Source of the DNA: Catajapyx aquilonaris
Taxonomy: Eukaryota
Length of the DNA: 44,605 nt
Direction: 5' to 3'
Assembly: GCA_000934665.2 (NCBI GenBank)
Contig: KZ538188.1
Coordinates: forward strand, 62,001-106,605
The notes under the pieces are model-generated. The model had not been told where the DNA came from. It did no database searches and saw only the letters and a list, made by a program, of their open reading frames with translations. Position numbers and translations under genes: made by a program. Below are positions 35,541-44,605 of the stretch, one piece after another; position 1 is the stretch's first letter, and every line of letters begins with the position of its first letter.

Positions 35541-36105
35541 CTCTTTTTACCCTCCTGAATGTTGAAAATTTTCGGATTTTCTCATTCTGCCTATTAGTGT
35601 TGAGAAAACATCGCCTCCGCTGCTAATTTCCCCGTTAGTAGGGTGAAAATACAGCCAAAATGCGAAGTTCCGAATCTGCAACACCTGCATCTGGTCGCGA
35701 GTCGCCGCTCGCGGTCGCCTTTCACCGCGTCTGTAGCGCTCCGGTGCCGCGAAGGAGAAGGGTCATCTCGCACGCTTTGAAGTCGAAGGCGATAATAATG
35801 ATGGAGAGCCTTGGAGTCCTGGCTCTCCATTATTATAATCGCCTTCGACTTCAAACCGTGCGAGATGACCCTTCTCCTTCGCGGCACTGGAGCGCTACAG
35901 ACGCGGTGAAAGGCGACCGCGACCGGGCAGCCGGGACAGGTCACTCGCGACCGGATGCAGGTGTTGTGACTTCGGAACATCACATTATAGCTGCACTTTT
36001 CACCCTGCTAGTGGAAATTAGCAGCGGAGGCGATGTTTTCTCAACACTATAGGCCAAGCAGATTTAGAAAATCCACAAAATTTCAACTCAGGAGGGTAAG
36101 AAGAG
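35541..36105. mobile_element. Foldback (almost fully palindromic) element
   Basis: ~280-bp arms reverse-complementary about ~35823; flanked by ttaa / ttac. Confidence 0.8.
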
Positions 36106-36321
36106 TTACTTCGGTTGTCAGTTCCCATGTCTGGCTTTCCTGCTGTTTGTCATCCCTCACACCTCCTGTACACCTGCCTTTCCTTTGACTGTCTGCATTC
36201 GTCCTTCCAATTAATCCTCCATCATAAAAATAAAAAGTTAAAAACTGAGAGTGGCCAACATGGTGTGTAAATAACTTGACTAATGCATTGCCTGTGTGAA
36301 TGGGGGTCTTAAACAAATAAA

Positions 36322-37647
36322 TCACTTGTTTCCTCTGTGGGTTCTAACATGTCTTTTCAAGTGTCCTGATGAACTGAACATCTTCTTGCAAATGATGCAA
36401 CTGAATGGCTTCTCGCCTGTGTGAGTCCTCATGTGGGTTCGAAAGTTTCCCGATTTACTGAACCTTTTGTTACAAACCTTACATGTGAAAGGTCTCTCAT
36501 CTGTGTGTTTTATCATATGTTGCAACAAAGACGATGTGTGACTGAATCTCATCTTGCAAATCAGGCAACTAAATGGCTTCTCCCCTGTGTGAGTCCTCAT
36601 ATGGCTACTCAAATGTCCTGACCGACTAAATTTTCTCTTGCAAATCAAGCAACTGAATGGCTTCTCCCCTGTGTGAGTCCTCATGTGCATTTTCACTGAA
36701 TGACTAAACTTTTTCTTGCAAATTGAGCAACTGAATGGCTTCTCCCCTGTGTGAGTCCTCATGTGTAAATTCAAACTTAATGAATGACTAAACTTTCTCT
36801 TGCAAACTTTGCAATGGAATGGCTTCTCCCCTGTGTGGGTCCTCATATGGGTATTCAAATTTCCTGATTGATTAAACTTTCTCGCACAAACCTTGCAACT
36901 GAATGGCTTCTCCCCTGCGTGGGTTCTCATGTGAATATTCAAATGTCCTGACTGACTAAATTTTCTCTTGCAAACTTTGCAATGAAATGGCTTCTCCCCT
37001 GTGTGGGTTCGCATATGCCCATTCAAATGTCCTGACTGATTAAACTTTCTCTTGCAAATTGTGCAACTGAATGGCTTCTCCCCTGTGTGAGTCCTCATGT
37101 GTGTATTCAAACTTACTGAATGACTAAACTTTCTCTCACAAACCTTGCAACTGAATGGCTTCTCCCCTGTGTGGGTCCTCATATGGCTATTCAATTGTCC
37201 TGAACTACTAAACTTTCTCCTGCAAACTTTGCAATGAAATGGCTTCTCCCCTGTGTGGGTTCGCATATGCCCATTCAAATGTTCTGACCGCCTAAACCTT
37301 CTCTCACAAACCTTGCAACTGAATGGCTTCTCATCTGTGTGGGACCTCATGTGGCCATTCAAACTTCCTGACTGCCTAAACTTTCTCTCACAAACCTGGC
37401 AACTGAATGGCTTCTCCCCTGTGTGAGTCCTCATGTGTGTCTTCAAATTTCCTGACCACACAAACTTTTTCTTGCAAACCTGGCAGCTGAATGGCTTTTC
37501 TTGGGAATGGCTTCTCATGTGACGCTGCAAATTCATCCAGGAACTAAACTTCTTCTTGCAAATCTGACAACCATTCTCCACCAAGTGTTTCTTCCTCTGC
37601 TTGTCTTGCTGGATCCCATTCATCTTATTCTCTTGGGCACATATTTT
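36322..37647 (-). CDS. C2H2 zinc-finger gene G, terminal exon with 15 tandem fingers (upstream exons not identified)
   Basis: ORF 36322..37623 of 84-bp repeats with HTGEKPF linkers; in-frame acceptor tttcag| at 37648; finger 11 has a 2-aa deletion. Confidence 0.9.
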   Translation of the reverse strand, partial: KICAQENKMNGIQQDKQRKKHLVENGCQICKKKFSSWMNLQRHMRSHSQEKPFSCQVCKKKFVWSGNLKTHMRTHTGEKPFSCQVCERKFRQSGSLNGHMRSHTDEKPFSCKVCERRFRRSEHLNGHMRTHTGEKPFHCKVCRRKFSSSGQLNSHMRTHTGEKPFSCKVCERKFSHSVSLNTHMRTHTGEKPFSCTICKRKFNQSGHLNGHMRTHTGEKPFHCKVCKRKFSQSGHLNIHMRTHAGEKPFSCKVCARKFNQSGNLNTHMRTHTGEKPFHCKVCKRKFSHSLSLNLHMRTHTGEKPFSCSICKKKFSHSVKMHMRTHTGEKPFSCLICKRKFSRSGHLSSHMRTHTGEKPFSCLICKMRFSHTSSLLQHMIKHTDERPFTCKVCNKRFSKSGNFRTHMRTHTGEKPFSCIICKKMFSSSGHLKRHVRTHRGNK

Positions 37648-37864
37648 CTGAAATTAATGGCAGCTCATGAAATAATGCAGGTGTATTTGAAAGGATCATG
37701 TAGGGCGGGGGATGCTTGCCATGCAATGTTACTGGGTGGCCCAAGAGTTCTGTTACAAATCTCAAAAGCTAATTTTTCTTAATTTAAAGCAAATATGCAG
37801 AATCCATGTTAACAAATTAGGATACTAATTTAGAAGTGAAACAAATATTTTTTTGTCTGCAAAA

Positions 37865-38245
37865 TGTTCGCCCCCTGGCTTCTGCATCGATGCAGAACTT
37901 CAGGCACTTTGAGAAGTTGTAAACCACTTGGTTGACTGTGTCCAGAGAAAGAGCATGCCCTTCTTCTCATTGCATTTACGGCAATCCTTCAGAGCCTCAT
38001 TTGTTTTGTGAGCAGTAGAGCATGATTCTGACTCTATAAACTAGAATGTACCAGTTCGAATGGTCCGTTGGATTGAAATCTTGCGCGTAAACAGGCCATT
38101 CTCGACGAGTGGTGAAATTGGGAAATATAAGTTTTAATCCAGTTTTGAGTATTCCTTGCCCTGTGGACATGAGTCGAATCTTGTTGATAAGTCCAACCAT
38201 CTTCACCAAAATGCTCTGGAGCCCAAGGGAGCAGAATTGACCCCA
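37865..38245 (-). mobile_element. Tc1/mariner transposase remnant
   Basis: LLPWAPEHFGEDGWTYQQDSTHVHRARNTQNW and, frameshifted, EWPVYAQDFNPTDHSNW: the QQD and WP..SPDLNP catalytic motifs. Confidence 0.75.
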
Positions 38246-38525
38246 AAATTTGCCATTGGCAGCTCATTTGCTTGCTTGTAAGACGAGTGGTTGCAAAACT
38301 ACAGTGTGTCAAATGTGCCATTTCTGGCATTTTTGCTCCCCACACTGTCACTTGGAGGAGTAGAACTCCAAGAAAGTCAGACTGTCAAATCTTACATTTG
38401 GTGTGTGCATTTGAAAGGTTGCTCTATGAGATGGTCATCCCCTCATTCTTAAGAAATGCAAAAATTTGAAATCAAAGATTGCTGCCAAATTTTTCATTTT
38501 GATATTGATCAATAATCGACCCTTA

Positions 38526-38652
38526 TGCCTGGTTGCATCAACAAAATTACCGGTCCGATAGCTCCTAATGGACAGATAGGTAGACCTTTTAACATGTGCT
38601 ATCGGTCCGTTAGGAGCTATCGGACCGGTAATTTTGTTGGTGCAACCAGGCA
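38526..38652. mobile_element. Palindromic MITE, probably Harbinger-type
   Basis: ~54-bp arms tgcctggttgcatcaacaaaattaccggtccgatagctcc.. and its reverse complement; flanks tta / cta. Confidence 0.7.
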
Positions 38653-38735
38653 CTAATATCTCTTTTGGATGTCACTTAAAATGACAGGAGCAAATTTAAT
38701 TTAGATTCCCGCAAAATCTGGCGAACTATCTATAA

Positions 38736-39175
38736 CTAGCGCACCCGTAGCCAAAATTTGGCAAAACCTGCAATGAGGAAGACAATGGTAATGAAAAAAT
38801 TGAATGAGAGGGCTCGCGGAGTGACAACTAAGAAATAGAGTATAGCTGGTCGTAAGACGGGGTTGAGAAAATGAGTGGCATTGACTCAATGGACATACTG
38901 TACACGTCCTGAATCGGACGTGAGAGAAGTTTTCATAAAACCTCCCGATATACAACATTGTGTGCAAACACTCTGTTGTTGGAGAGCGATGTTCCGTGTT
39001 GAGCAGTAGGAGTAGTGAACACTTTGACCTGACTTGGGTTGCGAGACCGGGACAGTGCCACATGCAGCTGGCCATGATTGGGAGAAGACAGGTTCATCCC
39101 AGGGAAATGATAACGTGCTGATCTGGCCGTGCGAGTTATTGTTCATCGTCATGGCATAGGCTGGGATGACATTAT
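38736..39175 (-). mobile_element. 3' remnant of a second Helitron family (helicase C-terminus)
   Basis: VIPAYAMTMNNNSHGQ..DEPVFS / HGQLHVALSRSR..THNVVYREVL* match PIF1 motifs V-VI; minus-strand CTAG|T end at 38736. Confidence 0.8.
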
Positions 39176-39188
39176 GTTAATGAACATA

Positions 39189-39806
39189 CAGTAAAACTTC
39201 TATAAGTCGAATCTCCATGGGACCGGGAAAAAACTTCGAGTTATAGAAGATTCGAGTTAGAGAAGCTTGGCTTTTTTTGAGCACATAACTCTATAAGGAA
39301 GCCTACCTTTATATCCACAGCGACAAAAGGTGTTCAAAACTTGAAAATAACTGTCACTATCGCACTTACAATGTTCCTCATTGTTTTGTTGTGAAAAAAT
39401 GTACTTTATGGACATTTTGCCTACTCTTAGATTCAAGGATTCAATTGTCACAATCGAGTCAAACACTTCTTTCGGTACATCTGGTAGACGGAGATGAGGA
39501 AATTGAGCCTTTCTGTACATGTGGCCTACTCTGTACCCTTCGGCTGGGAAATGAGAAAATTTTCCGTACTCGCCAACATGAACTTGGACTTACGGAGACT
39601 GAAAATGCATTGATATCCCATCGTAATGGGCCTTACGATGGGATATCAATGCAATCGAGTTATGGAGAAATTCGAGTTGTAGGAATTCGAGCTAGGGGAG
39701 TTTAATAGTTCCTATTATTTTACATTGTCACCAACCAAGCCCATCATTTTCTTCGACTTATAGAGATCTTCGACTTAGGGAAGTTCGACTGATAGAAGTT
39801 TTACTG
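39189..39806. mobile_element. pogo/Tigger-like MITE
   Basis: TA|CAGTAAAACTTCTAT(A/C)AGTCGAA TIRs with TA at both ends; repeated ttcgagttatag-type subterminal motifs; small nested palindrome ~39606-39652. Confidence 0.8.
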
Positions 39807-39960
39807 TATAAGACGTTTGGATCCGGATCCAGCAGGCTATGATTAAGGCTAATAATAATAGCTGATACGGGCATATTTGAGTGACGGGGCAACATGAGGG
39901 ATGGAGTTGCCCTTTGTGTAGGTAATAATGCTGTATGGCTTTATGATACTGTCATCTGTT

Positions 39961-40219
39961 ATTGGGCGCAGTGGTTAGCGCCGCAGCCTTTCACCTCTAA
40001 GGTCCCGAGTTCGATCCCCGGATCGGACAGAGTATATGCTTATGTGGATATAGTTTCAATGGGTTCTCTCCGTGTTCGCGTGGGTTTTCTCAGGGGTTCT
40101 CCCGTTTCCTCTCACAATCAAAATCCATCACAGCAAAGGCAATGATTAAAGTCAGTCAATTAAAAGATGATCCCCTAAAAAAGCTGAAGGAGGCTTGTCA
40201 CGGGGTATCCATTATCTCC
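39961..40219 (+). mobile_element. tRNA-derived SINE with a V-domain-like core
   Basis: A box GGCGCAGTGG, B box GAGTTCGATCCC, core gttctctccgtgttcgcgtgggttttctcaggggttctcccgtttcctctcaca; 13-bp TSD actgtcatctgtt (39948-39960, 40220-40232). Confidence 0.8.
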
Positions 40220-40529
40220 ACTGTCATCTGTTGTTATGGCCCCGCCAGGCAGGGTTCGTCGCCCTGCAGGATATTTTTAGGTAATGCGGAGAGGAAGCGG
40301 AGCTGGGCGATTATTGTGGGTTTCGTATCCGCAACATTTACAGTACTGTCCGTCTTGTGGCGGCGGAGGCCAACGGACGTTATATTGTGGCTTTGCCAAC
40401 CTCCAATCCCCTGCTGATCCCACCGCTGATATCTTGTTTGCTTGCTGCGGGAGGTTCATGCTACGCCGCCAAATAAGTCGCAATGGTTTACTCTAAGCCA
40501 CGGTCTTAGAAGGATAGGTCGGGAAACTC

Positions 40530-40638
40530 CCCGCCATCTTGCGATCCGTTACTGGTTACTCAATCCCGCCGTGGCGCTGACTGGAGGTGGCCATGATGTG
40601 AACTGGATCGTGAACATCTCCATATTGCGGCCATCTTG
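40530..40638 (-). promoter_or_regulatory. CpG-rich segment with two YY1-like motifs, candidate promoter for gene G
   Basis: Minus-strand CAAGATGGCGGG (40541-40530) and CAAGATGGCCGC (40638-40627); the link to G is inferred only. Confidence 0.3.
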
Positions 40639-41095
40639 GTATACGCTATCGGTAGTAATCGGGAGGGGAATCGTCCACGGACCGCCAATTCAAATCGAGT
40701 GTTCTCCAGGGTCGCGAGACGCCGGGGCATGATCTATTTGCGTGCTCATACCTCATAGATAGTACTTACTGCTTTGTGCCTTCAAACCGGCTTCCACTTC
40801 TGTTCCACCTCCCGATACCGATCACAACGGATACCGATGGATACCTATCGGCTATCGATACCTGCCGATGGTGATACCGGTATGCAAAATCGATTCCGTA
40901 AGTGCTGTTGATGAGTTGTACCGACAGGGTCGCTAGTTGTTATGGCGAATGAACGACACGCACAGCGAGATTCCATTGTTTTTACTAGCGCCGCTGCGGG
41001 AAGGAATAACGGATCGGCCGTTTCTATTGCGCTGGGATCAGGCTGGGATAGAAGTGTCCAGGGGCTGCTCTAAGCTAAGCTATCCGCTGAAAATG

Positions 41096-41183
41096 ATAAG
41101 TTGCTAGATCCGGATCCAAGATGGCGGCATAGTTAGAAAATAAGTTGCTAGATCCGGATCCAAGATGACGGCATAGTTAGAAA
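41096..41183. repeat. 44-bp tandem duplication containing CAAGATGGCGGC
   Basis: Two adjacent copies, one mismatch. Confidence 0.85.
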
Positions 41184-41327
41184 GTGGGGCTGAAAGTAGC
41201 AGCGTATATGACAGCTTTCTGAATATTCTGAGGCTCATATTGAATCAGTTGGCAGACCTGTATTGGCGGGAAAGGAAATAGGTGGCGGTTAGGACTTTTG
41301 GCGGGAAGGGGAAAAGGCGGCCAGATT

Positions 41328-41421
41328 AATTAGTGCCGTGAACCAAAGGTGGCAGCACTCCCTTGGCGGCCGCCAAAGGCTGCCAAGGGAGTGCTGCCAC
41401 CTTTGGGTCACGGGACTAATT
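41328..41421. repeat. Near-perfect 94-nt hairpin
   Basis: aattagtgccgtgaaccaaaggtggcagcactcccttggcggcc / ggctgccaagggagtgctgccacctttgggtcacgggactaatt. Confidence 0.85.
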
Positions 41422-41747
41422 TCTTCAGGCCGTGACATCTGGAGCGTTCCAAGATCGTTCTAGACAAGGCTATTATTATAGGGGGGAATATTATATATCA
41501 TTAATACCCGACAGACGACACGACTCCTCCTGCAACGTACGTCCTGCAGCTTTGGGGGGGACCTCGTGTCTAAATAGTAAATTTTGCCCGTGTTTTCTGT
41601 ATTTGCAAAGCGCGTTTGTTTTTTTGTTTTTGGAAAAAGTGCCCAGGAAATTAGTAAAACTGGGAAAACGCCTAACCCCCCCCCCCCCCCCAAGGGACAA
41701 CGGAGTTCCCTTCTCTGCCGCTACAGGCTGGGTGGCCTAGTCTGAAC

Positions 41748-42476
41748 CTAGTCTGAAGCCACTATGGTGTTGAAAGTCAATCTTTTATAGAAACTGTAGG
41801 ATTTCCAGGGTCCTTTTTATGGAAAAAATTCCGTTTTTTGGTACTTTTTCGTCAATTTTTGGGGAACAGTGTATGGACTTTTTTTAAAAAAATTGTAGCG
41901 TAATGGGCTCTTTAGAGACCCTACAATCAAGGAATAATAGTAGAACTTTCCTATGCAACCCTAGTACGCGTGTGCAAAAGCCTAATCTTGGGTAAAATCG
42001 CGTTTTTTCGCATTTTTGGTGCTTCGACTTTTTTCAACATTTAAAACCATATATTCCTCGACTTTAAAAAAAGTGTAGCGTAATGGGCTACGATTTCCCT
42101 ACTATGGGGGTCCCTGACAGTTTGTTAGACTAACTTGTAAGAAGAATTCATTTATTTTAAAGTCGAGGAATATATGGTTTTAAATGTTGAAAAAAGTCGA
42201 ATCACCAAAAATGCGAAAAAACGCGATTTTACCCAAGATTTGGCTTTTGCACACGCGTACTAGGGTTGCATAGGAAAGTTCTACTATTATTCCTTGATTG
42301 TAGGGTCTCTAAAGAGCCCATTACGCTACAATTTTTTAAAAAAAAGTCCATACACTGTTCCCCAAAAATTGACGAAAAAGTACCAAAAAACGGAATTTTT
42401 TCCATAAAAAGGACCCTGGAAATCCTACAGTTTCTATAAAAGATTGACTTTCAACACCATAGTGGCTTCAGACTAG
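41748..42476. repeat. Long, almost perfect inverted repeat (~320-bp arms, ~85-bp spacer), probably transposon-derived
   Basis: Arms ~41748-42069 and ~42155-42476 differ at only a couple of positions that I could find. Confidence 0.9.
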
Positions 42477-42587
42477 TCCCAGGTAACACCTACTGCCTGC
42501 AAAAACAAAATCCGAAACTTACAGTGGTTGCCAGACCTTGAAATAGGCCAAAAAACGTCAATATTTTGAATTTTTCGGATTTTTGGT

Positions 42588-42717
42588 CACCCTGACCGAC
42601 TGCACATTTTGGGAGAGAAATCCCGGGCGTTTCCCAGCTACTTTGGATCCTACTAACATGATCTACATAATGGTTTCCGAGTAACACGCCGAAAGTTTTT
42701 TTTTTTGTTGCGCTGTG
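42588..42717 (-). mobile_element. Terminus of a CAC-ended DNA transposon-like repeat (copy 1)
   Basis: Reverse complement of 44036-44156; end reads CACAGCGCAACAAAAAAA on the minus strand. Confidence 0.55.
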
Positions 42718-42739
42718 TCATCTACCGAATTTAGAGATT

Positions 42740-43653
42740 TTGCAAATTAGTCAGGTAAAGGGTCTTTTGTCATTATGTCAACATCCATTTCCTTCCTTGA
42801 AGGTCTTTGCCCAAGACACTGATTCACACATATACACACACGCACGCATCAATGCACAGGATCCGGGCATACTTGATAAGGTGGCTACCTATTTCCCAAA
42901 CTTGGAGCAGATTGACGTAGGCACATGAGTGGTGGGGTAGATCTAAGGGATTTAAACAGATTGACTAATCTGAAAAGTTTGCATTTTGTAGGAGGATCAG
43001 CAACTAGCCTGCACTGTCTTTTGGATAACTGCTTGAGGCATATTACGAGGTTAACTCTGTTTCAGATGTATGAGCTCAATTCAATTTTCGGAAAGGAAAC
43101 AAATATTCCCTTCCCTAAACTGGAGTATCTGAATGTATCTCTATGCATGGGGTTGAACTTGCCAGCTATAGAGAAGATTATGCCAAATCTAAAGTCACTA
43201 GGTATCACTTCAAATCAGTGCATAGGATATAATCTGTCTCTAAGTCCCTGTGCATTTCAACATATAGACAAATTTCATTATAAAAAATGTTACCCTATGC
43301 CATTGAGATATCTTAGACAAATCTTGACTAGCAATCACTTGAAGATAGTCGAAATGAACCTATTTTCTGGCTTTTACTTTTTTTGCACCCAAATTTTAAA
43401 GTACATGAAATTTGACAATCTGCACACACTAATGCTAACTGACAACAACTTAACAAAAGATGTAATTCCTGTTATTTTGGGTTCAAGTAGTAAGTATTTA
43501 CAGTTTGTCTCTTTGAAAAGCAACAAGCAATTTATGACAAGAAATAATGAACCTGATGATTTGATAAATGCATTACAAAAATTTGACATGAATTTTGAAA
43601 TTAGAGATGGTATTGGTTTTGCCACAAATATCAGGTACGATTCCCGTATGTAA
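42740..43653 (+). pseudogene. Intronless leucine-rich-repeat protein, probably 5'-truncated and frameshifted (ORF 42925..43653, 242 aa, remains open)
   Basis: Repeated LxxLxL units: FPSLKVF, FPNLEQIDV | LTNLKSLHF, LRHITRLTL, FPKLEYLNVSLC, MPNLKSLGI, FDNLHTLMLTDNNL, LQFVSLKSN; the two ORFs overlap at ATGA 42925-42928. Confidence 0.65.
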
Positions 43654-43871
43654 TTACTCCTGACATGTTACTGCCCCCAACTTCCCGTTTCCCTATATCC
43701 CGCAATATCCCAATTGTTTGAACATTGTTGCTTGCATTGTTGCAACATTGAAAAAATGTTTGAATTGTTTGAATTGTTGTTTGAAATAAAATGAGTATTT
43801 GCCACATGGTTTCATTCCCATTGTCATCCTGATAGTATTATGTTTTGCCAAATTTTGTCTACGGGTCCACT

Positions 43872-43874
<3 letters not shown>

Positions 43875-43953
<79 letters not shown>
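43875..43953. repeat. (TAA)n microsatellite
   Basis: Uninterrupted trinucleotide run. Confidence 0.97.
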
Positions 43954-44035
43954 TGGGTGATAGGCGTACCCGTAGGGGTTTTCAGCCAGACCTTTATTTT
44001 AACATTGGTACTGTACAACTTTGGGAATCCTATTA

Positions 44036-44156
44036 CACAGCGCAACAAAAAAAAATTTGACGTGTTACTCGGAAACCAATGTTAGTAGGACCCAAAGTAC
44101 TCGTAGCGGGGAAACACCCAGGATTTCTCTCCCAAAATGTGCAGGGGGTCAGGGTG
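44036..44156 (+). mobile_element. Terminus of a CAC-ended DNA transposon-like repeat (copy 2), probably continuing rightwards
   Basis: CACAGCGCAACAAAAAAAA..cgtgttactcggaaacca..gatttctctcccaaaatgtgcag, inverted relative to 42588-42717. Confidence 0.55.
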
Positions 44157-44605
44157 TAAATCAGGCCTGCGATGAAATTTTTTTCTTGAAAGTGAGAGGT
44201 GTTTCTTATGTATTTTTTAAATGCTGATTTCGGTAAAAATTCGCAAAATCATCCATCACCCACAGTTTTTGAGATATATCGTTTTAAAACTTGGAACGAT
44301 TTACAAGTGAGGGGTCTTTCCGAATCAAGTAGTCCTAGCGGTTCGCTAAAAAAAACTGCATTTTATGATAGAAGCAAGCCGCTTGGCACAGCGATACTTT
44401 AGACGATTTAGAAAATATTTGCCCGTAGCAGTCACATTTACATCCCTTAGGGGGAGCAGGGGGGGCAAATTCCCAAAAAAAGGGGGCAATTTTTTAAAAA
44501 TTAAATATCAGCCGATTTTTAAAATTTAGGTGTCCATTTCATACGTCTTGACGTCCCAAAGATGATTGCCGAAGGACACGAAATTTCGTCTCAGAGGGGG
44601 GGCAG

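Noticed and set aside
35594..36052. Pair of similar ORFs on opposite strands
   Set aside because: Artefact of the palindromic foldback element; no protein motif
36322..37647. Calling gene G PRDM9, or the cluster genes KRAB/ZAD/BTB-ZNFs
   Set aside because: No SET, KRAB, SSXRD, ZAD (C4) or BTB sequence recognisable in the window
40853..40860. DRE promoter element TATCGATA
   Set aside because: Single 8-mer inside a patch of gatacc/atcg repeats that looks transposon-derived; no supporting TSS evidence
42700..44055. V(D)J-type recombination signal sequences flanking the LRR ORF
   Set aside because: The heptamer is CACAGCG and the A-tract follows after ~2 nt instead of a 12/23 spacer; no RAG-like gene in the window; a CAC-ended transposon explains it

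Overview
Eukaryotic (animal, probably invertebrate; species not identifiable from sequence alone) transposon-rich window dominated by a head-to-tail cluster of spliced C2H2 zinc-finger genes on the minus strand. Six paralogous units (here A-F, 1-34.3 kb) share one architecture that I reconstructed by hand from GT-AG sites: a short 5' leader exon, four small phase-0 exons encoding an acidic N-terminal module (two isolated C2H2 fingers plus several psi-K-x-E motifs; no KRAB/ZAD/SCAN/BTB recognisable), and one large finger-array exon. B and D look intact and C lacks its last finger. A runs off the window edge, E is 3'-truncated and has no promoter of its own, and F has a dead array exon. A seventh gene (G) has a very homogeneous 15-finger TGEKPF array. 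Four units share a promoter cassette with a YY1/TISU-like ATG opening a 3-4 codon uORF, and four units carry a convergent pair of CTCF-like motifs at near-fixed spacing. A spliced THAP-domain gene resembling a truncated P-element transposase sits head-to-head with unit C. The rest is Helitrons, Tc1/mariner, piggyBac-, Kolobok- and Harbinger-like MITEs, tRNA-derived SINEs, long foldback palindromes, satellites and an intronless LRR ORF. All family assignments come from motif recognition, not database searches.
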